In this document: positions 31,129 through 46,361 of the stretch, one piece after another
How the letters are laid out: the number at the start of each line of letters is the position of its first letter
Position numbering within the stretch: position 1 is the first letter of the stretch
Origin: Octopus vulgaris
Taxonomy: Eukaryota
DNA: 64,000 nt
Direction: 5' to 3'
NCBI GenBank assembly: GCA_951406725.2
Contig: OX597837.1
Span: 43,958,001 to 44,022,000, forward strand
Position numbers and translations under genes: made by a program
The notes under the pieces: generated by a model
The model's database searches: none
What the model saw: the letters and a program-made list of their open reading frames with translations, nothing else
What the model was told of the DNA's origin: nothing

Positions 31129-31168
<40 letters not shown>

Positions 31169-31374
31169 GTATGTGTATGTATGCAAATACATGGATATAC
31201 GCTCACATATATAGCAATACACAGAATTATGTTTACATGAAGATATTGTTTATTCAGTAATCTGTTGATATGAATATATATAGATGTATCGTGCATATGT
31301 AATTGTGTTTTAAGGAGACATTTAGATAGATAGATGGATAGATAGCTAGATAGCTAGCTAGCTAGCTAGCTAGC

Positions 31375-31426
<52 letters not shown>

Positions 31427-31778
31427 CAGATAGATAGATAGATAGATAGACAAAAAAGGTAAATAGATAGACAGATAGACTGATAGATATATTGTTAGAC
31501 AAGGAGATACAATGATAGATAGGAAAGAGAAAGAGAGCGAGAAACATAGACTGGACAGAGAGAGAGAGAGAGAGACGGGTGGAGGCGGTCAAGCAGAAAG
31601 AGACAGGCGTTGGGAAAGACGTAAGTTTACTTTCATAAGAGCGAGACCGGTTAGAAAACCAAACGGGGTGGGATGTTTGAAGTGATAACGGGTAGAACTG
31701 AAAAAATGAAAACACACACATTTTCGGCAGGGTATAATCGAGGGTAGTTTTAAGACTTGAAATGAATTGTCTACCTAC

Positions 31779-31843
31779 CCGAGAAGGACACAGACGAAGA
31801 GGGTTAAAGACACCCAGTTATAGAGGGTCACGGGTGGCTGCAT
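31779..31843 (-). CDS. Gene B exon 1 coding part: signal peptide MQPPVTLYNWVSLTLFVCVLLG
   Basis: aaaATG context, hydrophobic core, ends CTC GG|gtaggt (phase 2). This matches the phase-2 acceptor at 506 and gives ...FVCVLL-G-LTANLSDG/RQ. Implies a ~31.3 kb intron; no transcript evidence available. Confidence 0.72.
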
Positions 31844-32197
31844 TTTTTTTTTTTTTTTCCTTTCCTATCTCTGTGCTGTCCTGCTTTTTTCTTCAATCTG
31901 ATGTTCCTGTCGTTCTCTAAGGTTCTTCGTGTTGGTGTTGATGTCGTCGTCCTCGTTGTCGTCGTAGTGTTTGTTGTTGTGGTTGTGGCTGTTGTTGTTG
32001 TTGCTGCTGCTGTTGCTGCTGGTGCTGCTCCTAGCGGTGGTGGTGGTGATGGCGGTGGTGGTGGTGGTTGTGGTGGTGCCTCTGGGATACAATGGTAAGT
32101 TCGCTCCTGTTGTTGTTGCAGCTGTTGTTGATGTCGACTGTAGTCAGTCGCAGAGTTTAGAAAAGCTGCAATTTTTGGCTTTTTCTCGGTAACGCAC

Positions 32198-32200
<3 letters not shown>
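31844..32200 (-). other. Putative 5' UTR of gene B with CAA/CAG/CCA triplet runs and A-rich tract
   Basis: Non-TE, low-complexity sequence directly upstream of the ATG at 31843, bounded by (TG)n. Transcription start unknown. Confidence 0.4.
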
Positions 32201-32231
<31 letters not shown>

Positions 32232-32470
32232 CGCTCACACAAAAAGGCACACATACGCACACACACACACACAGATACACGTGCACACACACACACACAT
32301 ACACACACGTGCACACACAAACGCACGCACACGCACACGAACACTCACTCACACACATACACACACACTCACTCACACATACACACACACACATACATAC
32401 ACACACACACACACATACATACACACACACACACACACGTGCACATACACACACATACACGTGCACACAC

Positions 32471-32501
<31 letters not shown>

Positions 32502-32601
32502 AAGGCACACACACGTAACACACGAACGCACGCACACCCTTAAATGAATACTTTCATTTATACACACATGCTACATACTACATACATACGTACATATACA
32601 A

Positions 32602-32641
<40 letters not shown>

Positions 32642-33114
32642 GTTCATTTATACATACATAGTACATACATACTCACATACATACCCCATCATACACGCAC
32701 ATATGCATTCATACACATACATATACAAATACATACATATACACCCCTTTGCGCTCACTGCGAACACCTACACACTAACTGCACGCCGACACACACACCA
32801 TTTCTTTAACTCTCTCTCTCTCTCTCTCTCCCCTCTTTTCTCCCCTTCTCCTTCTCCACTTTTTTACACACACACCCCATCGCTTGCTCATCTTTCTCCT
32901 CCTCCTCCTACCCCTCTCTCACCCCAACACAGTGATATCTCCCAGTGTTTGTTTTGTTTGTCTGCCTGCCTGCCAGCCACTCAGTCTCTCTCTCTTTCTC
33001 TCTTTCTCTTTCTCTCTTTTTCTCTCTTTCTCCACACACATCTACACACATACATGCACACTCACACACACACATTCTCTCACCGTGTTTCTCACGCTCT
33101 GTCTATATATATGC

Positions 33115-33202
<88 letters not shown>

Positions 33203-33206
33203 CTTA

Positions 33207-33274
<68 letters not shown>

Positions 33275-33284
33275 ATCTATCTCT

Positions 33285-33345
<61 letters not shown>

Positions 33346-33358
33346 CATCTATCCATCC

Positions 33359-33442
<84 letters not shown>

Positions 33443-33728
33443 GTCTGTCTGTCTGTCTGTCTGTAATAATGATGCTGATGACAGTGACGACGGCGGTGGT
33501 GATGATGCTGGGGTGATCACTATAGTAACTGTGTCAGTAGGGGCGATGAAGTTGGGTACTATGATGCTGATTTTAGGTGGCGATGATGATGATGGTGGTG
33601 GTGGTGGTGGTGGCGGTCATGATAATCATGCTCATGATGATAGTAATGATGATGATGAAGATGATGATGATGGTGATGATGATGATGGCGATGACGAAGA
33701 CGACGAGAATGAAGATGCGGTGGTAGTG

Positions 33729-33828
33729 NNNNNNNNNNNNNNNNNNNNNNNNNNNNNNNNNNNNNNNNNNNNNNNNNNNNNNNNNNNNNNNNNNNNNNNN
33801 NNNNNNNNNNNNNNNNNNNNNNNNNNNN
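33729..33828. other. Assembly gap (100 N)
   Basis: Run of exactly 100 N. Confidence 1.
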
Positions 33829-34479
33829 ATATAGCTAGCTAGCTAGATAGATAGATATCAATATGTATATGTATGTTTGTGCGTGTGTGCGCGCGTAACG
33901 GGTGCACATTGAGAAAAACCACATGCACACAAATATGCACATAGCATGCATGTACACATCCGGACACACATCTACACAGGTGCCCCTTATACGTGCTTAT
34001 GTAAGTGTGTATATATATATATATGAATATGTAATATATGTATATATATATGAATGTGTAATATATATAAAGTAATATATATATATTTGTATTTATGTAT
34101 GTATGTATTAATATATATTCGCATATATATAAATCTTTCTTCTCCATAAATTATGTATCCAAGTGCATTCGTCTATGAGTGAGTCTTCCTCTCAGCATAG
34201 GTGACCACGTGTGCGTATGTATGTCATGTTACACACACACGCAAGTATGTATGTATGTATGCTTGTATGTATGTATGTATGTATGTATGTATGTATGTAT
34301 GTATGTATGTATGTATGTATGTGTGTATGTGTGTATGTATGTATGTATGTATGTACGTATGTATGTATGTATGTACGTATGAATACCCTTGTGTTTTCCC
34401 TGGCGGTGCCCTCGCATATCCGCGGCCGGGTGCTATTATTAGAAATAATAGCATAGATGCAAATGTTTATTTCAGTGTA

Positions 34480-34539
<60 letters not shown>

Positions 34540-35726
34540 CGTGTGTGTGTGTGAGTGTATCCATATATATAGATGTATGTTATTTGTGCGTGCATGTGTG
34601 TAAATATATGTGCAATTATGTATGCGTATGTATCAGTAACTCACCCGTCTTTACTAATTGTATTCATATGTTTGCTTGAAACGAGAGGGCGGGAAGACAA
34701 GCTGGGTTAGTGAACGCCGTGCATATGAGAGCGTTTTGTATAAATGACGTAGGTGTGAATACGATTGTAACAACTTACTACGCTGTTTTATATCATTTCT
34801 AAATTTATGCTTCATACATACACACACACACATGTATATTATATTATATTATATAATGTATGTATGCACGGCTGTGTGGTAAGAAGATTGCTTCCCAACC
34901 ACTTGGTTCCGGGTACAGTCCCACTGCGTGGCACCTTGGCAAGTGTCTTCTGCTATAGCTCTCGAACTGAAATTATTAAAAGAATAAAAGAATAAAGTAT
35001 ATATATATATATATATATGTGTGTGTATATAGGCAATAAAATAAACAATGGTAGAACGAACACCTGCCCTATCAGCAGAAGATGTGCGTTCGCGTCCCAC
35101 ATCAGCCTTCGGCATGTTCTCTCGATATGTGTGTGTGTGTGTGTATGTATATAAATATATAAATATATATGCATATATATATTATATTATATTGTATTAT
35201 ATTATATTATATATGTATAGAATTAAGAGATAGAACCTCCATAAAGTAATTCAATTAATAACGAAAGATATTATTTATAATAAAATATAAATTTAAATAT
35301 ACTATTAATATTGCTCTAAAAATTACTATACTAAATAATACACATTAAAACGACGACGCGAGTTTCGTAACGATATATTTAAATCGACAAGATCAAAATC
35401 GATAATCTCAAAAGTAATATTCCTTCGATCCACCGGTACATAGCCACTCTTCAGGTCTAAATAGCATAAAATAAATTTACAACATAAATGAAGACGTTAT
35501 AATTTAATTATACATTTAGAAATAATCGATAAGATTTAACAGTATTAAAGAAAAATATAACTATGCTTCTACTTTTCTTTAATACTGTTAAATCTTATCT
35601 TGCTTGATTGATTGAAGGAGGGCAGCGGGGCAATCATTACTACAGACCCGACCGATAGATGGATCCTTCCACACGTGACAGTAGCTGTTCGACATAACAC
35701 CACAAGTCAGCAATGGCCAGACACTG

Positions 35727-35760
<34 letters not shown>

Positions 35761-35902
35761 CGCAGGAGTGTGATAAGTAGCTTGCTTACTAACCACATGG
35801 TTCCGGGTACAGTCCTACTGCGTGGCAACTTGGGCAAGTGTCTTCTGCTATAGCATTGGGCCGACCAAAGCCTTGTGAGTGGATTTGGTAGACGGAAACT
35901 GC

Positions 35903-36400
35903 CTACCAAATTGAAGGAGGGCAGCGGAAGCAATCATTACTACAGACCCGACCGATAGATGGATCCTTCCACACGTGACAGTAGCTGTTCGACGTAACTC
36001 CACAAGTCAGCAATGCCCGGACACTGAACGAGTGCGTACAGAACGGTTTCGTCACCCTGGGCGCACCTCGGACAAGCCCGTCTAACAACAGATCCGTGTC
36101 TGTACAGTTTATCTCGAACCAGTAGCAACCCCAGTAGCACTGCCAGGCTAAGGACAAGTAGAAATTATCCATGATAGTTCCCGACCGGAAAATCCTCTGG
36201 AACAGACTAATCAGTTCATTTCCATTGGTGCCTAGAGTCTCTCCTAGAACGTCGTCGCACTTCCCAGCCATTAATCCTCTATAAATTTCTAAAACGGCAC
36301 ATTCACTGATCCCATTGCCCAACTGGTAGAGGGCTGTCAGCGCCTGACGATATTTTAGGTGCCGGGCACCCAGTCTCGGTTTTTCTTCACCCAATACCCT
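35903..36400 (-). mobile_element. L1/Tx1-like LINE C-terminal remnant; part duplicated at 35612-35730
   Basis: RDKLYRHG..CPRC..DETVLYALVQC zinc-knuckle-like motif; frameshifted. Confidence 0.75.
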
Positions 36401-36618
36401 CCCATAATACAAACACTTAATTTTCTTTCCTGACTCACGGATTTTGACAGCTATACATACATACATAGATCGTTAGCCACTACACACATTTTTTCTCTCC
36501 TTGTTTTTTTTCTGTGTCCCTTTCTGTAGAAGAGCGTAGGCTCGAAATGTAAAAGACTTTTTCTATTCCTGAGCATTATACTAATACATCTTCGTCTTTT
36601 GTTTTTTTCGTAAACTCT

Positions 36619-36665
<47 letters not shown>

Positions 36666-36994
36666 CGTTATACTAATACATCTATTTGTTTTGTACACCA
36701 CCTGTCTTCGTCTTGTTTTTTTTCGTAAACTCTCCCCATACATACATACACACACACACTTACGCATGCACTCACGCTTACAGGCTCACACGCTCACACA
36801 CAAAACTTCCTAGCTTGACTCTTTCCTCATTGCTCAAATAAAACACGTCAGAATCTAGAAAACCAGAAACCTTGTGATGAGAGACGTGAAAGTGACACAT
36901 CGTTTCCCCTTCATTCTGACCTACAATAAATATGAACCACGCTGCTTCTAGCGCCTACGTTATTGTATAACATAGATAGATAGATAGATAGATG

Positions 36995-37083
<89 letters not shown>

Positions 37084-37310
37084 TTTCGTTCGGATGTTTA
37101 TCGTCGCCTGAAGGATGACACGTACCGTGAGTAATAAGAGAGTGAGACATCGACTTCGAAAGAAAATGTGTTTATATATTTACTTAAAATAAAAACAATG
37201 ACTTACACGGAACGAGTCACGTTTGTTTAACTTCAGAATTCATCACCAAAAGACACCCACATACGCATACATACATATATGTATATATGTATGTATTCTT
37301 GTGTGTGTGC

Positions 37311-37450
<140 letters not shown>

Positions 37451-38189
37451 ATATATATATATAATGCATATACACAGGCGTGGCTTTGTAGTGAGAAGTT
37501 TGCTTCCCAGCCACATGCTTCCGGGCTCAGTCCCACTCTGTGGCACTTTGGCCAACTGTTTTCTACTATAGCCTCAGGCCGCCGACGAAAGCATTGTGAG
37601 TGGATTTGGTAGACGGAAACTGAAAGAAGCCCGTCGTATATATATATGTGTGTGTGTGTGTGTATGCGTGTCTGTGTTTGTCCCCCACCCCACCATCGCT
37701 GGACAACCGATGCTGGTGTGTTTATGTCACCGTAACTAAGCGGTTCTGCAAAAGTAACTGATCAAATAAGTACCAGTTGCGTACTGGGGTCGATGTAATT
37801 GACTGCACCCCTCTCCAAAAATTTCAGGCCTTGTGCCTAGAGTAGAAAAGAATATCTGTTGCCACTCCAGGAAGGCTGTTCCTTACAAACCGAAGTTACA
37901 ACCATTTTTTAACCCAGTGAGGACACCTCTTTTAGCTGGCTATCGATGCAATCTGCACCCAATACATATTGCAAGCCAGGGTACGAACACCTACCATTTT
38001 CTGGCAACTTGTCAGGACCACTAGACCTTCTGGTTTCGGGCAATTTTGTCCATCCTCAGTGGTGGACTACTGTCCGCTAGAGATAGTAGTAGTTCGTTCC
38101 AGTTCACAGTATATAGAAAAATAGAGGAGGCATCCTCTTGGAGTTAAAAATCGTAGTAATGTCGGTTCGTACGGAACAGCCATGGTGAA

Positions 38190-39000
38190 GTGGCGACAAA
38201 TATTACTTTTGAAAACTCTGAGTTCAATCTACTTATTGTATCGCATCAGCCACTTCGTGAAGGCCCCATGGAAGCCTTCCAAAGTAAAGGTGTTCCGGAT
38301 CCTCTTCAAAGCGTCCTTCATCTTTTAAAGGTCTTCATAATTATTGCCCCTGATGTTCTCCTTCAGCTAAGAGGACAACCAAAGGTCTCAAGGAGCAAAG
38401 TATAGAGTTGTAATGACGGTTTTGAAGTCCATCTCTGTCATGTCATTGCTTACTAGGATGGAATTGTGGACTGATACATTGTATTGGAGCAAGGGCCCCG
38501 GCCTTTTGCGACGGAATCTTTTCTTGAACTCCCTCAAAACATTCACAAAGTAATCTTCGTCGACTGTAAGGCCAGTGGAAGCCCAGTGGATAAAGAGGAT
38601 CCCCTTACTGTTAAAATGGGATCATTATGAGTTCCCCGGTGAACTTGTTTGACTTGCCTTTTGTGTCAGCGAAAAATTGATGCTCGGCTCATACAAATTA
38701 ATCAATAAGCAGTCTGGAGAACTTCATAAGTTTCTGCAGAGTTTTTGCCCAGATTAACACAAAACTTCACTGCATAACGAGCTTCCAAATTGCCTTCACG
38801 TCCCGACTCCATTCTACGAAATAGTCAGCTGTAGCAAGCAATGTTTAGTAGCGTTTGTTCGTCTCCTTTAATCTAGAATAGCAAAAGTTGGCAGGTCAGC
38901 TTATTAGATATGTAGTAATGATATATTAAATTCACACTAATCTAAGAAGTTTTAATTGCTTCTTCTAAAAGAAACTTCAAAACTTCTAGAATGCAACTCG
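38190..39000 (-). mobile_element. Degenerate mariner transposase
   Basis: Minus-strand KGILFIHW..GLTVDEDYFVNVLREFKKRFRRKRPG..VHNSILV..FTKWLMRYNK with stops. Boundaries approximate. Confidence 0.7.
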
Positions 39001-39233
39001 CATATATATATATATATATATATAGGGGGAGAGTTTACGAAAAAAAAAGACGAAGACAGGTGGTGTAGAAAACAAACAGATGTATTAGTATAACGCTCAG
39101 GAATAGAAAAAGTCTTTTACGTTTCGAGCCTACGCTCTTCTACAGAAAGGTACACAGAAAAAACAAAGAGAGAAAAAAATGTGTGTAGAGGCTAACGATC
39201 TATATATTGTGTATATATATATATATATATATA

Positions 39234-39498
39234 CAATAATCCCTCGACTATCACGAGTCTAACGTCCCAAAAAACCCACGATAGGTGAAAATCCGCGAAG
39301 TTGAAATAGTACTGTACTGTATAATTTTTTTTTATCATTTTTTATAATTTGTATATATTTATGTTATTTTAAATGCAAAACAACACCACGGAGGAATCGA
39401 CTAAGTTTAATTAATAAACCGCGATAGGTGAAACGCGATATGTGAACTGCGGAAGGTGAACCGCGATAGGTAAAAGGCAATATGGCGAGGGATTACTG
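39234..39498. mobile_element. pogo/Tigger-type MITE
   Basis: TIRs CA(A/G)TAATCCCTCG...CGAGGGATTACTG, TA flanks, internal ccgcgataggtgaa repeats. Confidence 0.8.
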
Positions 39499-39796
39499 TA
39501 TGTATATATATTTGTGTGTGTGTGTGTGTGTGTGTGTTTGTGTATGTGTGTGTCTGTGTGCATGTGTGTGTGTGTGTGTACATACATATATGCCTGTGTG
39601 TATTTATGTACCGCCATTATGGAATTGGCGGAGCTTTCTGTTAACGTCTTCAACTGGAGTTAAATAATGACTCAGAGAGTACCTGGGAGAATTAGCCTAG
39701 AATTCACTTTACCTGTGCACACACACACACACACACACACGCACACGTACATACATGCGTACACGTGTTGCACTATACCGAAATATATTGAAACTT

Positions 39797-39840
<44 letters not shown>

Positions 39841-39990
39841 ACACGCATATATATATATATATGGCAGGAGTTGCTTCCCAACCACATGGTTCCGGGTTCA
39901 GTCCCATTGTGTGGCACCTTGGGCAAGTATCTTCTACTATAGCCTCGGGCCGAACAAAGCCATATGAGTGTATTTGGTAGACAGAAACTG

Positions 39991-40030
<40 letters not shown>

Positions 40031-40091
40031 CCATACGCGCACACATAGATATATGATATACATATGTATATTTAAATATATAATATATATG

Positions 40092-40215
<124 letters not shown>

Positions 40216-40337
40216 CACACATATATATAGTAAGCAGCACAGACGCTAGTGAAAAGTACATGTGTGATAAATCGTTTAAAATTTCCATGGAAGACAAGAA
40301 TATATTTTGAAATTTCTGTTGTTTAGGAACAACGATC

Positions 40338-40390
<53 letters not shown>

Positions 40391-40425
40391 CATTTTTATT
40401 ATTATTATCATTATTATTATTATTG

Positions 40426-40460
<35 letters not shown>

Positions 40461-40474
40461 CATTATTATTATTA

Positions 40475-40529
<55 letters not shown>

Positions 40530-40989
40530 CATCATCATCATCATCATCATCATCCTCATCATCATCATCATCATCATCATCGTTATTATTGTAGGTGTTG
40601 TAGTTATCTTTCGTATGGTGAATTTTAAAAGGGAAACAATAACTGGCACTGATGAAGTCTCGTATCCCACACATAATCCCACTGAAACGTCTTTACGTAT
40701 CTTGCCTCCCACCCACCCACACACACACACACACGCGCGCACACACACACATATAGGAGAATTAAAATAGTCAATAAAGATGACTAGGGTGTTAAGAAAC
40801 AACTACATTGCTAGAAATAAGAGCTAAACCACTCTAATGATGTAATTAACGCACATAAATGAAAACATACACTAACATATATACATATATATATATATCT
40901 ATATGTCAGTGTGTGTGCATACGTATATACATACGCAGTCAGAGACAGAGAGATACGTGCGCGCACACACGACTACACGTTTCTTCTCA

Positions 40990-41456
40990 AGCCCAGAAGC
41001 TGGCTAACCACATAGTTCTTGGTCTCAAGCATTTGTCTTATGAAGAAAGGCTGAAGACGCTCGACCTTTATTCTCTAGAAAAACTACGACGCCGTGGTGA
41101 TCTCATTCACGCTCACAACATCATAAGCGGAAAGTGTAACCTCTCGAAAGAGCTGTTCTTCACTCCTGCTCCAGAGCGTGGGCTGCGGGGTCACTCCGAA
41201 AAGCTCTATCTACGACGATTTCATCTCAATCGAAGGAGAGGGGCTTTCTCCGTCTGGGTTGCGGATCCGTGGAATAAGCTGCCGGACGATATAGTGAAGA
41301 TGCCGACGACCGCTCGGTTCAAAAGTCTCTCTTGACCAGAAATAGCCTGAACTTTTTGTATGACCACTCTCCCTGTACATAACTCCCTGTCCCCCTACAC
41401 GGCCTTGCTTTTGCTTTTTGAGCTAATAAAAATTGAATTGAATTGAATTGAATTGA
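40990..41456 (+). mobile_element. 3' end of a different CR1-type LINE
   Basis: GLKHLSYEERLKTLDLYSLEKLRRRGDLI, LRGHSEKL and WNKLP motifs; (AATTG)n tail. Confidence 0.9.
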
Positions 41457-41833
41457 TATATGCAGTACATATTTCCACATATAGTGTATATGAACATATA
41501 CAAGTATGTATGTGTGTATGTGTGTTTGTATGAATGTGTGTGAATACATATATATTACTTATGCGTGTCTGTACGCGTGAGTATTTTTGTATGTGTCTGT
41601 GTATGTGTCTGTATGCGTCAGTAAGTAAGTATGTCTGTGTGTATAAACATCATTGCATGTAAATGTCTGTATGTCGTTGAGTTAAGTGTTGAAGTCGAAA
41701 ACAAAAATTGCTTGCAGATAGAAACAACCTAAAGTGATTTATAGGAATACCAACTTGCAGGATTATACGTTTAAACCATTTTTTCTGCGAATGCATATAG
41801 TATTTCGTAATTGTATATGTGTGAGGATGTATA

Positions 41834-41876
<43 letters not shown>

Positions 41877-41991
41877 CGTGATCACCGTGACCGACCAGGC
41901 TATCAGATGTTGCTACACATCGCTGGTCACAATGCGCTTCGCATTGTTTTAGCCTTCGGATGACGCCACCCCGCTGGCTAAGTGAGCAGGC

Positions 41992-42064
<73 letters not shown>

Positions 42065-42251
42065 ATGTATACACGCACACATATACGAGGGAGAGTCAAA
42101 AATTATACGCACGCTTGTTTTTTCCAATTTATTTACACAAAAGCAGGAGATATATAAGTACCGTAAATCCTCGAGTATAGTCCGCCCTTGAGTATAATAC
42201 GCAAGGACCACTTGTTTCAAGTATGTAGATGATTTAGCTCTCATAGAGATC

Positions 42252-42294
<43 letters not shown>

Positions 42295-42460
42295 CTTTAT
42301 TTAAAGCAGCAGAAAATTCAACAAAATCTGTTACTCTGAGTTTCCCGTTGCCGTTCATCAGACAGTTTTTGCTATAATTATAGCAAAAACTGTCTGATGA
42401 ACGGCAACGAGAAACTCAGAGTAACAGATTTTGTTGAATTTTCTGCTGCTTTAAATAAAG
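42295..42460. repeat. 166 bp palindrome (one mismatch) with two opposed hammerhead-like motifs
   Basis: Centre gctataattatagc; ctgt CTGATGA acggcaacg(a/g) GAAA ctcagag TA acag at 42390-42427 and its reverse at 42328-42365. Confidence 0.85.
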
Positions 42461-42578
42461 CATATTACTCTACCACTGGTATTTGAGTACTCTTTTTTCC
42501 ACCTTGTTTCACATTTATGTGTTTACTCCGGTATATATATACAGAGACAGAGAGCTAACATATATGTACGTATATATA

Positions 42579-42626
<48 letters not shown>

Positions 42627-43410
42627 TGCTCATATATAAATGCCTGTGCTTAGATGAATATGTGTGTGTATGCACACACAAACCCCCCCACCCCACACAC
42701 ACACACACACAGTGTTTATAACAGAAAATTGATATTCTATTCAGGGTGTGTCTTGCAGTGATGACATAAACGATCTATTCTGATGTTCGTTAAAACTATT
42801 TCATTTCACTTAGCAACTGGTTCTATCAGGTTTTATAAAATTCGAGAGAACCTGAAACAATTCTTTTTCGGAGCACAGTATCTCGAAGCAGACAAAGCTA
42901 TAAATAATGACAATGGATGATCGCGTGCTATGTTTTACAGATGTGAGTTCATGTCCCACAGGCAGCCTTCGAATTCTTCAATACAATGAGTTGTTAACCC
43001 AATATCTACTCGCGGTTGTATATAACTTTATTTGCTTCGAGATACAGCATTTCCAAAAAGAAATATTTTGATTCTTCATAAAAGTCTTGCAGTTGTTTTT
43101 CTTTGCTTTTTCTTTGCTTTGCTTCGGCTTTCTTTTTTTTTTTTTTTTTTTTTTGGCGCTTTTCATTCCTGAAAAAAAATCCATCAACTCGGCCTTAATC
43201 ACAATCACAGCACTTGTCATGGAAGTAACCTTGTTCCTCCCCTAATCCAATCATGAACTACACTCGACTAAAGATGATATAAATGCTAGGCTTTGTAATG
43301 TCTGATAATCCCCCAAATAGCAAGAATTCTCCCGTTTCGGTTCTTACGATTACTCTCGGCTCTAATCCCTTTCTTAACAAAGTGGGCACTACTACCACAA
43401 CTACCACCGC

Positions 43411-43984
43411 TTCTTCTTCTTCTTCTTCTTCTTCTTCTTCTTCTTCTTCTTCTTCTTCTTCTTCTTCTTCTTCTTCTTCTTCTTCTTCTTCTTCTTCTTC
43501 TTCCAATCAGGACTCACGCCATTAGCCACAAAGAACAATCTCTAATTCGAGCCTACTCTAAGCCACTAAGAAAGCATGTGGCAACTTGAAGATCCACCCA
43601 CCTTACGCGATAAACTGGCGGTTGCACGGGCGCGAAAGCTACGTTGTTATCCTCATTCCGTAAACGGTGACTTTTTAACGGGTGGAGAGCTGAACCATCC
43701 TGGGGTACAGAGAATTCGCAATCTAGACTAGGGTCTGAAAGTTTACCACACCATAGTGGGTTACACCATGGTTCCTCTGCTTTGTAGCAGAAGTAGGAAG
43801 AAAGAGTGAGAGAAGGTTGTGGTGAAGGAGTACAGCGGGGTTCACCACCCCTCCCCGCCGGAGCTTCGTGGAGCTTAGGTGTTTTTGCTCAATAAACACT
43901 CACAATGCCCGGTCTGGGGATCGAAACCGCGTTCTTACGACCGCGAGTCCGCTGCTCTAACCACTGGGCCATTGCGTCTCCACC
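43411..43984 (-). mobile_element. SINE family 2 head with a different 3' body and (GAA)n tail; partial inverted copy at ~50737-51070
   Basis: Head matches the 21470 copy; 43500-43830 is the reverse complement of 50745-51050. Confidence 0.8.
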
Positions 43985-45678
43985 CGGTGCTGCTGCTGCT
44001 GCTGCTGCTGCTACTACTATACACACCACACAGAGATCTCATAAACCATTTGCATCTGAAACAAACAAATACCAGCTCTCTTTCCTGCAAAATATTTGTA
44101 GGAGGTAACGGATTCCTGGCCGAGTATCGAAACCCGCGTCTTGACGTTCGTTTCTTTTGCGCTCGGATTGGGCCCTAAAATCCCATTTGTTTAACCCTGT
44201 CAAATTCACCATCGACTTAAGTTGAATAGACGTTTAATCTAGACAACTCTCATCCAATATTATTTTCAGTGACCTTGATAAGCTTTAACACGGGTGGATA
44301 TCCGTGATACCTGTAAAAGCAGGTTGTTCCTTCTTTCAAACAGTTGCCTTCTGCTACCTACCAAGCAATTTCTCTGACACTTGATTTGTCTCTCTCTCTC
44401 TCTCTCTCTCACTTCTCACTCACTCTCTCTCTTTCTCAGTCAATCTCTTTCACACGTACACACTCAAACACACACACATTTCCTACCTCATAATTAATGG
44501 CATAAATAATGCCAAGCAGATAACTCATTAATTACTAAAGCCGTAATGAAACCTTCAATCTAAATTAATCATATTGAATTAGAACTTGGCAACGAAATAT
44601 TTTAATTTATAACAATAATGGAAACTGAATTACGTTTTTAATAAATAAGAAAATTTGGCGTAGTTCTATAGAAACCACTGTCCTAGACAGCATCCAGAAG
44701 CAGCCTGGGCAAACTAAAAGTGTCGAAATCCGTAAGGAAATAATCAACCAAGCAGCCGCTGTAAGTTCGGCTTCGTTCGGGCAATAGAAGATGTGCTCCG
44801 TTTCGATGACCCTGGCTAAAGTCATTAAATGTAGGGCTCATGATGTCGGAGGATCATTGTGGAAAGAACTGGAGACTCCAACCCGGAATGGTTTAAGTCA
44901 CCGATTGACCAGGGCTGGCCATCAATCTGCAACAGGCAATGGACTGCAAATACGCACTTGCCTCTCTGTTCTTTTTTTATTATAACTTTTATTATAACTA
45001 GCAAATTGTATCCCTTAACCCCTACTCGAGTCCCTGCAATTCTTCAGTCTTTCATTTTGTCGTCACCCTTATTGTATTTCCCATTCTAGACCCCGAACAG
45101 TACACTTTCATTTCTTCAGCCACTACCCCAGGTATTATGTTGGGTCGTTTTTCCCTCCTGCAAGAATAACCCTATAAATGTTTGTTCCTTCTCGAGCAAT
45201 GCCTGGCTCATAAGGGCCGGTTTCCCGGTTTCCTTGGCGTGTAGGTTCCCAACCTGGACGGGACGACGGTCCGTCGCAGGTGAGCTGCAAGATGCAGGAG
45301 GAAAGAGTGAGAGAAAGTTGTGGCGAAAGAATCAACAGAGGTTTCGCCATTACCTTCTGCCGATTCTGGTGTGTTTACGTCCCCGTAACTTAGCGGTTCG
45401 GCAAAAAGAAACCGATAGAATAAGTACTAGGCTTACAAAGAATAAGTCCTGGGGCGCGATTCATTCGACTAAAGGTGGTGCTCCAGCATGGCCGCAGTCA
45501 AATGACTGAAAGAGTAAAAGATAGTAAAAGGGTAAAGAGTATTTACTTCCCTTGTTTATCACATGTGACACTAAGCACATATTTCTTTATCGTCCCCACA
45601 TCACATAGAATACTCATTCCCTATATTTTCTTCAACCGCTAATTTTGGACTTATGAAAGGAAAGCTTTATATAATACA

Positions 45679-46247
45679 TCTCTTTCTAAATAAAGGGCAG
45701 TTTGTCTGTCTGTGTGTCTGTCAGTGTGTCTGTCAGGTTGTACCCTCACCCTGACCACGGCTTTCAACCGATTCTGATGAAACTTGACACACACATAGCC
45801 CAATGTCATAATTCAAAACTAACGCAGCGAAAATTTTGAAAAGTTCCCCAGTTCTGAAAAAAATCGATAAATTCAACATAGGTCGAGAATCTAAGCTTTT
45901 CATATGCAACACATTTTCTGTTGTAGTTTTTGCAACTTGCAATCGATTTTCACCAAACTCATGGTGAAGCTTTATGTTACCCTAAGAAACTTAATCCTGA
46001 CGTTAGTTTTCCATGCAATACCTCACCATCAGAAAAAAATCGATAAAATCATGCCATTTGGGGAAATCGCGTTCAAATTCAAGATGACATATTTTCGACA
46101 ATATCTTTAACAAATTGGCAGGAATTTTTTTTTAAATTCACAGCATTTTGCACCACATTTAATAATGGCCACAATACTTAGATCGGGATTAGTCGTTGCC
46201 TACTAGGGGCTCTTACATACCCGGGCAACGCCGGGTTATGCTGCTAG
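45679..46247 (+). mobile_element. Non-autonomous Helitron (569 bp)
   Basis: A|TC start followed by (TGTC)n, subterminal hairpin CCCGGGCAACGCCGGG (46220-46235), CTAG|T end, no TSD. Confidence 0.8.
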
Positions 46248-46361
46248 TAATGTATGAAACACACGGTTCGTTAAAAGCCTGAAAACAAAGAAGAACGCTT
46301 CGGACATCTTATGAAGATGCTTTGGACGGGCAAAGAGTCTTAAAATAAAAACACGGTGACG

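Noticed and set aside
31922-32094. Plus-strand exon-like stretch (aag acceptor, ATG|gtaagt donor)
   Set aside because: Low complexity and no partner exons found; better explained as the gene B leader, though antisense transcription is not excluded.
26956-33842. Many long ORFs (HTYI, MYVC, YLSI repeats, up to 432 aa)
   Set aside because: Translations of stop-free microsatellites; one crosses the N gap.
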